DNA of 22,509 bases from Acidimicrobiales bacterium (GTDB taxonomy: Bacteria; Actinomycetota; Acidimicrobiia; Acidimicrobiales; JAJPHE01): the NCBI GenBank assembly GCA_035653595.1, contig DASRBO010000075.1:1-22509 (forward strand), given 5' to 3'. Positions 8,728 to 15,259 of the stretch are shown here, in pieces. Position 1 is the first letter of the stretch. The number at the start of each line of letters is the position of its first letter. A program made the position numbers and the translations under genes. Below the pieces are notes generated by a model, which searched no databases, had not been told where the DNA came from, and worked only from the letters and a program-made list of their open reading frames with translations.

Positions 8728-9327
8728 ATGAGACGCAGGACATTTGACATGCTGGCTACCGCCGGCGGTCTTGTGCTGATGGCCGTCCTCGCCATCGCCG
8801 GCGGCCTGTTGATGCGGGGCGCCAGCTTCGCCAACGGCCAGGTCCACAACCAGCTGGCCCAGCAGCAGATCACGTTCCCGACCGCGGCCGCCCTGGCCAA
8901 CGCCAAGCCGGGTACCGAGCTCACCCCGGCGATGGTCCCGTACCTCAGCCCGTACGCCGGCCAGCAGCTGACGACCGGCCCTCAGGCCGAGGCCTACGCC
9001 GATCACTTCATCGCCGACCATCTGGCTGCCATGCCCTTCGGCGGGGTGTACTCGAAGGTCAGCGCGGCCTCGATAGCCGCCCCGACCAACACGAAGCTCG
9101 CCGCTGAGGTCCAGACGGTGTTCCGGGGCACGACCCTTCGGGGTCTGCTGCTGGAGGCCTACGCCTTCTCGAAGTTCGGTCAGATCGCCCTCATCGCCGG
9201 CGTCTGCGCCTTCGCCCTCGCCGGGGTGATGCTGGTCCTCTCCGGGTTCGGGCTCTGGCACCTCCGCCGGGTGCCGGCTGAGCAGGAGCTGCTCGGTCCC
9301 CGCATCGCTGGTCGGGTCGCCGCCTGA
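8728..9327 (+). CDS. Hypothetical bitopic membrane protein with N- and C-terminal TM helices and a central extracytoplasmic region.
   Basis: The ATG at 8728 is preceded by ggagag 6 nt upstream. It encodes MRRRTFDMLATAGGLVLMAVLAIAGGLLM...IALIAGVCAFALAGVMLVLSGFGLW. GC3 is high. A strong terminator follows. Confidence 0.55.
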   Translation: MRRRTFDMLATAGGLVLMAVLAIAGGLLMRGASFANGQVHNQLAQQQITFPTAAALANAKPGTELTPAMVPYLSPYAGQQLTTGPQAEAYADHFIADHLAAMPFGGVYSKVSAASIAAPTNTKLAAEVQTVFRGTTLRGLLLEAYAFSKFGQIALIAGVCAFALAGVMLVLSGFGLWHLRRVPAEQELLGPRIAGRVAA

Positions 9328-9368
9328 GCAAACCCTCCCCCGACCGGACCTACCCCTAGCCCCCAGAA

Positions 9369-9410
9369 GCCCCGCCCTCGGGCGGGGCTTCGGTCGTTTT
9401 GTCCGTTCTT
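9369..9410 (+). terminator. Rho-independent terminator.
   Basis: The stem gccccgcc (9369-9376), the loop ctcg and the stem ggcggggc (9381-9388) form a perfect 8-bp GC stem. It is followed by ttcggtcgttttgtccgttctttcc, a T-rich tract. Confidence 0.65.
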
Positions 9411-9727
9411 TCCATCCCGCCCCGCCCCGCCCCGGCCGTGCTGCTTGGCCGCGAGCGGGGCGCCTGTCTCGACGCTCACATCACCAGGTCCGGGCCCGAC
9501 CACGCAGCAGCGCCCTAGGAGCAGGCCCGTCATCGGCAGAGGGCCCACGCCGGAGCCCGCTGTGGTCGACGGCGGCCACGGCGAGGAAATTTCCGCCAGG
9601 GCGCCGCAAGTTCCGAAGCCGGTCGGCGTATTAGCCACCGAACAGGCGGCCGGGGAACCGGGCGTGCGACACCACCGGGGTCGCCGAACCACCCCCTGTC
9701 GTTCGGAGCAGAGCTCAGGAGTTGGTG

Positions 9728-10603
9728 GTGCAGGTAATCGAGATCGACAGCGAGCCATACCCGACACCAGCGCAGTCGGACGGCACCTCGGTGGTCATCG
9801 ACCTCCGCGATCCGGTCACCATCGATCCGTTCCCAACGTCGGAGCAGGTCGATGCGCCCCCCAACTACGGCGAGGCTGGCCCCCCCCAGGTCAGCCTCGC
9901 CGTATTAATGCCCGTGTTCAACGAGGCCCGGACGGTCCGTCAGGCGGTCCAGGACGTGTTGTCCGTCCACTACCCCTGTCCGATGGAGCTGATCGTCGTC
10001 AATGACGGGAGCACCGATGAGACCGCCTCGATCCTGGCGTCGCTGAGCGACGATCGACTGACCGTCCTTCACCACGCCGTCAACCGGGGCAAAGGTGCCG
10101 CCCTGAAGACGGCGGCCTCGGCGACGACGGGCGCCACCCACGTGGTGCCCTTCGACGCCGATCTCGAGTACTCGGCCGCCGATCTCCTCCGCCTGGTGGA
10201 TCAGGTGGTGGATGGCCGAGCCAACGTCGTGTTCGGCTCCCGCCGTTCGGGGCGCTCGGTGCCCCACCAGAACCGGCTCTACGCCATCGGCAACACGGTC
10301 ATGACCAAGGTCGCCAACACGCTCTACGGTTCACGCTTGACCGACCTCCACACCTGCCTCAAGCTCGTGCCCGCCCGGTTGTTCGCGCAGCTGCCCCTTC
10401 TCGAGGAGGGGTTCGGTCTGGATACCGAGCTCACCGCCTGGCTGCTGCGCAGCGGCGCCCAGCTGCGGGAGGTCCCGATCTCCTACCGCAGCCGCAGCCG
10501 GGCCGAGGGCAAGAAGATCTCGTGGCGGGACAGCCTGGTCTGCTTCCACCTCCTCTTCCGCATCCGGCTGGAGGACGCTCCGGTCCTCGGCGGCGCCGCC
10601 TAG
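9728..10603 (+). CDS. Glycosyltransferase family 2, polyprenyl-phosphate sugar synthase-like (DPM1/GtrB/Ppm1 type), with a Pro-rich N-terminal extension.
   Basis: The motifs are LAVLMPVFNE, LIVVNDGSTDET, a DADLEY DXD-type motif, and FGSRRS. An RBS aggag lies at 9716-9720, and candidate starts are the TTG at 9722 and the GTGs at 9725 and 9728. About 55 Pro/Asp/Glu-rich residues precede the catalytic domain. Confidence 0.8.
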   Translation: MQVIEIDSEPYPTPAQSDGTSVVIDLRDPVTIDPFPTSEQVDAPPNYGEAGPPQVSLAVLMPVFNEARTVRQAVQDVLSVHYPCPMELIVVNDGSTDETASILASLSDDRLTVLHHAVNRGKGAALKTAASATTGATHVVPFDADLEYSAADLLRLVDQVVDGRANVVFGSRRSGRSVPHQNRLYAIGNTVMTKVANTLYGSRLTDLHTCLKLVPARLFAQLPLLEEGFGLDTELTAWLLRSGAQLREVPISYRSRSRAEGKKISWRDSLVCFHLLFRIRLEDAPVLGGAA

Positions 10604-10728
10604 CGCTGAGAACGCGACACCAGACGACCATGGCCCCTGGTATCCTATTTACGGTTACGCTAAAGTAAGTAGTACCGGGCGTCACCAAGGGGCGCCCTTC
10701 TGGGGAGCCTGGGGAGGATGTGGCGACG

Positions 10729-11187
10729 ATGAGGCGGGCGGCGCTGGTGTTGGCGGGATTGGCCGGGGCCGGGCTCAGTGCCTGGCAGCTGGCCCCGGCC
10801 CAGGGGGCTCCCTCGCGCGGAATCTGCACCGCCGCCGCCGGCGCCCCCTGCTCGTTCACCAGCGTCGCCGTCATCGGGGGCACGAACGAGGAGGGCGTCA
10901 TCTCTTCCCTCCAGGTGGGCACCTTCACCGTGGCCGTGGTCACCGCCGGCCAGCCCCGCAACCGTCACGGTGAGGCCCTGGGCTACCAGGGCCAGATCTG
11001 CAGCGTCTCCATCGCCAACGGCGGGCCTCCCAAGGGCAAGCCCAGGACCGACGCCGAGGGTCAGCCCATCAGCTGGACGGGGACGGGCGCCGGGGTGGTG
11101 TCGGGGTTGTTCATCCAGGGCTGCACCTACTCGGTGACCGTCAACAAGGGCGGCATCGGCACGGTGACGGTCGGCCAGACCAACTGA
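10729..11187 (+). CDS. Small secreted hypothetical protein with a signal peptide and 4 Cys.
   Basis: MRRAALVLAGLAGAGLSAWQLAPAQGAPS... has a typical n/h/c signal and an AxA-like site. ggggagga lies upstream. GC3 is high. The gene is preceded by an AT-rich stretch at about 10630-10680. Confidence 0.55.
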   Translation: MRRAALVLAGLAGAGLSAWQLAPAQGAPSRGICTAAAGAPCSFTSVAVIGGTNEEGVISSLQVGTFTVAVVTAGQPRNRHGEALGYQGQICSVSIANGGPPKGKPRTDAEGQPISWTGTGAGVVSGLFIQGCTYSVTVNKGGIGTVTVGQTN

Positions 11188-11194
11188 AGCGTCG

Positions 11195-12541
11195 CTAACC
11201 GTCGCCGGCGCCGGCGGCCAGCTCCTCGAGCATGAGTTTGCGGGCCGGCACCCCGTCGTCGAAGCGGAGGGCCTTGACCAGGTGGACGATGGTCCCCTTC
11301 TCCGGCTCCGACTCGAAGCGGACGTGGTCCACCAGGGCATGCATCAGCGCCACCCCCCGGCCGTGCTCGGCATCCATGGCCGCCATGGTCGGGCGCAGGG
11401 CCACGTGGTCGAAGCCGTGGCCAACGTCGATGACCCGGATGTGGCAGTCGGACGGCCCGACGCTGACCGCCACGTCGTAGACGTCGCCCGGCCCCGAATG
11501 GTCGATCACGTTGGCGCAGGCCTCGGTGAGGGCCAGCTCCACCGCCGCCGAGTCCTCTTCGAGCACCCCCACCTCCGACATCGCCGCCCGGATCAGATGG
11601 CGGGTGACGGGAACGCTGAGGCGATCGCGGGGCAGCTGGAGGGACAGGGTGAAGCGGAAGCCGTTGGCGCGGGAATCGCTCTCGTCGGCGTCCAGGGGAA
11701 GGATGCCGGTCGCCGGCCAGGCGTAGCGGTGGGACGTCAACCGGCCGGTGGGCGTGCCCAGGTCTACGACCAGGCGGCACTGGGGGTCACCGAGGGCGAT
11801 GCGCTCGTCGAGGGTCACCTCGGCTCCGCCGGCCGCCCGGGCCCCGAGCCCGCCGGCCAGGGCGGAGGTGAACCGGCACAACCCCGGGGGAGGTGACGGT
11901 CCGAACGGACAGCGCCGGACCCCCAGCACGACCCGGCTGCGGCTGCGGGAGACCACGTGGAAGTCGCCGCCGAGCTCGGCCTCGGTGGCGATCAGGCTGT
12001 CGGCCACCGCCATCGGGTCCGGCGCCAAGGGCGCCTCGTTCGCCCGGCGCTGGGCGACGGTGGCTCCCGCCAGGGCGGCCGCTTCGTCCATCGCCATCCC
12101 TGAGGTCATGTGGGCGGCCATGAGGGCCGCTACCGCCGCCGGCTGACCGGCCGGGACCAGGGCGGGATCGGCGCTGACGGGGTCGAGGTTGGCCTCCGGA
12201 GCCCGGGCGACGGCCAGGCCCACCCGTACGCCGGGGCTGGACCCGTGGGCGGAGAACAGGCTCCTGGCGTCGTCCTGGGCCCGGGTGAGGCCGGCGCCGA
12301 CGCTTTCACCGGGCAGGTCGCCGGCGGGCAGGTGGCGCAGCTCCAGCCGGGCCAGCTGCTCCTCCCAGTCGAAGGAGACCCAGATCGGTCCGGGGTCCAT
12401 CTCCGTCAGGGCCTCGTGGACCAGAGGCCGGGCCAGCTCGGCCACCGCCGGCTCGATGGCGTGGCGGGCCAGATGCGCCGTGACCTCCTGCTCGAGGCGG
12501 GTGACGGCCCCCCCGACTCTCGTGTCTACGCACCACTCCAC
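11195..12541 (-). CDS. Multidomain sensor/kinase. It has an N-terminal degenerate GHKL-like domain, a central V4R-like domain, and a C-terminal RsbW-type anti-sigma regulatory factor (HATPase_c) serine kinase domain.
   Basis: The C-terminus reads LALTEACANVIDHSGPGDVYDVAVSVGPSDCHIRVIDVGHGFD...EHGRGVALMHALVDHVRF (N, G1 and G2 boxes). The middle has RCPFGPS...LCRFTSALAGGLGA...ALGDPQCRLVVDLG, which matches V4R Cys/Gly motifs. The N-terminus has ARPLVHEALTEMDPGPIWVSFDWEEQLARLEL, which is GHKL-like without the Asn. The GTG start at 12541 is preceded by the gaaggtgagggg RBS. Confidence 0.65.
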   Translation of the reverse strand: MEWCVDTRVGGAVTRLEQEVTAHLARHAIEPAVAELARPLVHEALTEMDPGPIWVSFDWEEQLARLELRHLPAGDLPGESVGAGLTRAQDDARSLFSAHGSSPGVRVGLAVARAPEANLDPVSADPALVPAGQPAAVAALMAAHMTSGMAMDEAAALAGATVAQRRANEAPLAPDPMAVADSLIATEAELGGDFHVVSRSRSRVVLGVRRCPFGPSPPPGLCRFTSALAGGLGARAAGGAEVTLDERIALGDPQCRLVVDLGTPTGRLTSHRYAWPATGILPLDADESDSRANGFRFTLSLQLPRDRLSVPVTRHLIRAAMSEVGVLEEDSAAVELALTEACANVIDHSGPGDVYDVAVSVGPSDCHIRVIDVGHGFDHVALRPTMAAMDAEHGRGVALMHALVDHVRFESEPEKGTIVHLVKALRFDDGVPARKLMLEELAAGAGDG

Positions 12542-12624
12542 TGCCCCTCACCTTCCCCGCAGGCGACGGCCCTACCCTGCCCGCTCGATGGGCCGGGGGC
12601 GAGGCGGGCCGAGCGCTTCTGGAC

Positions 12625-13020
12625 CTAGGGCTCCCCGGGCTGCTCCGGCTCGATGTGCATGGCGGCCTCCTCGGGGAGCAGCCCATCGGTGTCGTCCTCG
12701 GCCAGCTCGGCCACCTCGGTCGCTTCGTCGTCGGCCAGCCCACCCCCGTCGGGTGCCAGCAGGCGGCCCGGTCGCACCTCGGCGCCCCTGGCTTCCGGCT
12801 GCTCCCGCCGCAGCCGGTCCTCGAGGCGCTCGGGCATCCGCCCCTCGGCCGGGGTGGTCCCGTAGTCGTCGGCGGCCACCGGATGGTCCCGCGGCGGGGC
12901 CAGGCCCTCGACGGCGGACTGGTCGTCGATACCGGGGGGCTGGTCCTCGACCGGGGGGAGGCCCTCGGCCTCGAGATCGGTGAACGGGGGGTCCTGGGAC
13001 GCTCGTCTCATCGCCGGCAT
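12625..13020 (-). CDS. Highly acidic, low-complexity (intrinsically disordered) hypothetical protein.
   Basis: 131 aa, Asp/Glu/Pro-rich, with EDRLRREQPEARGAE. GC3 is about 90%, which is diagnostic of true coding in this genome. gagggtaggg lies 5 nt upstream of the ATG at 13020. It sits between the Fur-family gene and the kinase on the same strand. Confidence 0.5.
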   Translation of the reverse strand: MPAMRRASQDPPFTDLEAEGLPPVEDQPPGIDDQSAVEGLAPPRDHPVAADDYGTTPAEGRMPERLEDRLRREQPEARGAEVRPGRLLAPDGGGLADDEATEVAELAEDDTDGLLPEEAAMHIEPEQPGEP

Positions 13021-13062
13021 CCCTACCCTCGGTCTGCTCCCGCCACCCCGGCGGGGCGTCAG

Positions 13063-13446
13063 TCAGCCCCCGCAGTTGGAGCAGACGCCGAAGATCTCCA
13101 CGGTGTGGGTCACCTCGCTGTAGCCCAGCCGTTGGGCGACGACCTCGGCCCACTGCTCGACCTCGGGACCCTCCACCTCGGCCGAGGTGCCGCACCGCCG
13201 GCAGACGATGTGGTGGTGGTGGCCGTCGCTGCGGCAGTGTCGATAGACCGTCTCGCCGTCGGCCGCCTGCAGGGCGTCGATGATGCCCTCGTCGGCCAGC
13301 AGCTGAAGGTGGCGGTAGACGGTGGTGAGGCCCACCGACTCACCCCCCGCCCGCAGCTCGGCGTGGATGTCCTGGGCGCTGCGGAAGCTGGTGGAGCCCT
13401 GCAGCACCCGGAGCACGGCCTGGCCCTGTCTGGTGCTGCGGCTCAC
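13063..13446 (-). CDS. zur: Fur-family transcriptional regulator, likely the zinc uptake regulator Zur.
   Basis: 127 aa. It has a winged-helix N-terminus (GLTTVYRHLQLLADEGII). The metal sites read HCRSDGHHHHIVCRRCG...FGVCSNCG, which gives the HHHH and CxxC...CxxC pattern. The GTG start is at 13446, 11 nt after the carbonic anhydrase stop. Confidence 0.85.
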   Translation of the reverse strand: MSRSTRQGQAVLRVLQGSTSFRSAQDIHAELRAGGESVGLTTVYRHLQLLADEGIIDALQAADGETVYRHCRSDGHHHHIVCRRCGTSAEVEGPEVEQWAEVVAQRLGYSEVTHTVEIFGVCSNCGG

Positions 13447-13456
13447 CCGACAGAGA

Positions 13457-13957
13457 TTACGGTCGGCTCGGGCCCACCTCGGCCAGTTCGCCGGTGCCTA
13501 CGTCGAAGACGAACCCACGGGCGTCGTGGCTGAGCAGCCAGGGACAGTCCCGTAGGCGCTCGAGGGAGACCCGGACGTCTTCGTAGGGGTCCCTGAAGGC
13601 TCCCGGGACCCAACCCGGTCGCTGGCCGGTCCGCCGCTCGAGGTCGTCGAGCAGGCTCTGGTCGTCCAGCTTCTGCATGCCGCAGTCGGTGTGGTGCACC
13701 AGGACGATCTGGCGGGTGCCGAGGGCGGTCTGGCTGAGCACCAGCGATCGGACGGTGTCGTCGGTGACCAGGCCGCCGGCGTTGCGCAGCAGGTGAGCGT
13801 CGCCGATCTCGAGGCCGAGCACGCCGAACAGGTCGAGGCGGGCGTCCATGCAGGCCACCACGGCCAGCTTCCGTCGGGGAGCGGATTGGAGCCCGGAGGA
13901 GGAGTAGGTCTCGCGAAAGCGAGCGGCGGCGGTGAGGATGGGGTCGTCGTCGGACAT
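13457..13957 (-). CDS. Beta-class carbonic anhydrase.
   Basis: VVACMDARLD (CxDxR) and VHHTDCGM (HxxC) are the zinc-ligand motifs of beta-carbonic anhydrase. It is 166 aa. An RBS gggaga lies 8 nt upstream of the ATG at 13957. Confidence 0.85.
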   Translation of the reverse strand: MSDDDPILTAAARFRETYSSSGLQSAPRRKLAVVACMDARLDLFGVLGLEIGDAHLLRNAGGLVTDDTVRSLVLSQTALGTRQIVLVHHTDCGMQKLDDQSLLDDLERRTGQRPGWVPGAFRDPYEDVRVSLERLRDCPWLLSHDARGFVFDVGTGELAEVGPSRP

Positions 13958-14193
13958 GGCTGCATTCTCCCTGCCGGTAGTGGCCGCCAGTCCAACATCC
14001 GGAGATATGGGACGATCCCCGCGACCACTGACATACCACTCGTGGTGGCGGATAGCGTTGGGATCAGGAAGGACTCTGGCGATCGAGGGAGAACCTCATT
14101 GGCGACTGGTTAGTGGTTGCAAACCAGCGAACGGCGACTCTGCGGCTCGGCCATCGGATCGATGGGTCGTAGCGCACCGGATCCGGGTGTTCC

Positions 14194-14988
14194 ATGAGCC
14201 TTAGCGAAAAATCCGCCGAAGCCCCGATGGAGCTGGACCTGCTCCCGCTGATCGACCGGCTTCCCGCCTGCTCCTCGGGCCTGGCCTACCTCTACTGGTG
14301 CCTGGACCACCTGGTGGAGGCCCTGGGCCTCGACGACGCCGTGCTGACCATGGAGCACCCCGCCCTGGGGCTGCAGATCTTCCGGGCCAAGAAGAGGCCG
14401 GCGGCGGAGGAGGTGGAGGGCGAGCGGGTCGACAAGCCCGGCCTGTACCTGTTCCCCGACCCCCTCAACGACGAGCACAAGCGGGCGGTGGCCCAGCTCT
14501 GCGACGTGGCCCTCACCATCGAGCTGGCCCGCCACGACGCCTCCAACGACGCCCTCACCGGCCTGCTCAACCGGCGGTCCTTCTCCGAGGCCATCAACGG
14601 GTTCAGGGCCCACAGCGAGCGCCACGGCATGGGCTTCTGCCTGGCCCTGCTCGACGTGGACGGTCTCAAGGTGATCAACGACACCATGGGCCACTTCGAG
14701 GGCGACCGCCTCCTGCGGATCACCGGTTCTGAGCTGCGCCGGTGCCTGCGGGCGGGCGACGTGGCCGCCCGGATCGGCGGCGACGAGTTCGCAGTCCTGC
14801 TGGCCAACGGCACCGCCGAGGCCGCCGACCGGCTCAAGGGACGACTGCAGGAGTCGGTCAGCCGGGCCCTCAACCGACCCATGGCCTTCTCCGTGGGGGC
14901 GGCGGTGGCCCCGACGGAGTCCCTGAACGCCGACGAGCTGTTCCGTCTCGCCGACGGCCGACTCTACGAGGACAAGCGACGGAGGTGA
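14194..14988 (+). CDS. Diguanylate cyclase (GGDEF domain) with an N-terminal domain of about 110 aa of unknown type. It has an intact A-site and I-site.
   Basis: DALTGLLNRRSF...LLDVDGLKVINDTMGH...RCLRAGDVAARIGGDEFAV. The RxxD I-site (RAGD) lies exactly 5 residues before GGDEF. There are no TM segments. Confidence 0.85.
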   Translation: MSLSEKSAEAPMELDLLPLIDRLPACSSGLAYLYWCLDHLVEALGLDDAVLTMEHPALGLQIFRAKKRPAAEEVEGERVDKPGLYLFPDPLNDEHKRAVAQLCDVALTIELARHDASNDALTGLLNRRSFSEAINGFRAHSERHGMGFCLALLDVDGLKVINDTMGHFEGDRLLRITGSELRRCLRAGDVAARIGGDEFAVLLANGTAEAADRLKGRLQESVSRALNRPMAFSVGAAVAPTESLNADELFRLADGRLYEDKRRR

Positions 14989-15242
14989 CCGCCTTGCCCA
15001 TCCCCCTGTGGGACACCGACAGCCTCGAGCTCGCCCTGCGCCGGATCGAAGGGGTATGTGCGGTGACCTTGGAAGTGGGCGAGAGGGGGGTCGAGGTGCA
15101 GCTGGGGCTGCGCCGCGGTAGCAACGAAGCCGCCGTGCGGCGGGCAGCCATGGCGATGCTGTCCTCCGACCGCACCGGGGGGACCGGAATATCGGTCCTG
15201 TTCTTCGGCCACCAAGCCAGGCGCTCCAGCCGGGCCGGCTGA
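14984..15242 (+). CDS. Small hypothetical protein of about 86 aa, translationally coupled to the GGDEF gene.
   Basis: The GTG at 14984-14986 overlaps the GGDEF stop TGA at 14986-14988 (GTGA), with cgacggagg upstream. It encodes VTALPIPLWDTDSLELALRRIEGVCAVTLEVGERGVEVQLGLRRG.... GC3 is high. There are no recognisable motifs. Confidence 0.4.
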
Positions 15243-15259
15243 GCCCGGTCCTCCGGGCT

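Noticed and set aside
7189-9261. 690-aa ORF on the minus strand.
   Set aside because: It is antisense to the GH5-like hydrolase and membrane-protein genes. The translation is Arg/Gly/Pro-rich and low-complexity with no motifs. It is a typical long open antisense frame in high-GC DNA.
10660-12983. ORFs 10660-11340(-), 10778-11137(+), 11127-11780(-), 11282-11896(+) and 12189-12983(+).
   Set aside because: They are alternative frames or antisense to the secreted protein, the V4R-kinase and the acidic protein. They have no motifs and overlap better-supported genes.
13958-14190. Search for a Zur box (AT-rich palindrome of about 15-21 bp) upstream of the carbonic-anhydrase/zur unit.
   Set aside because: No AT-rich palindrome resembling known actinobacterial Zur boxes was seen by eye. 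Only the CTGGTT-type repeat, reported separately, stands out.
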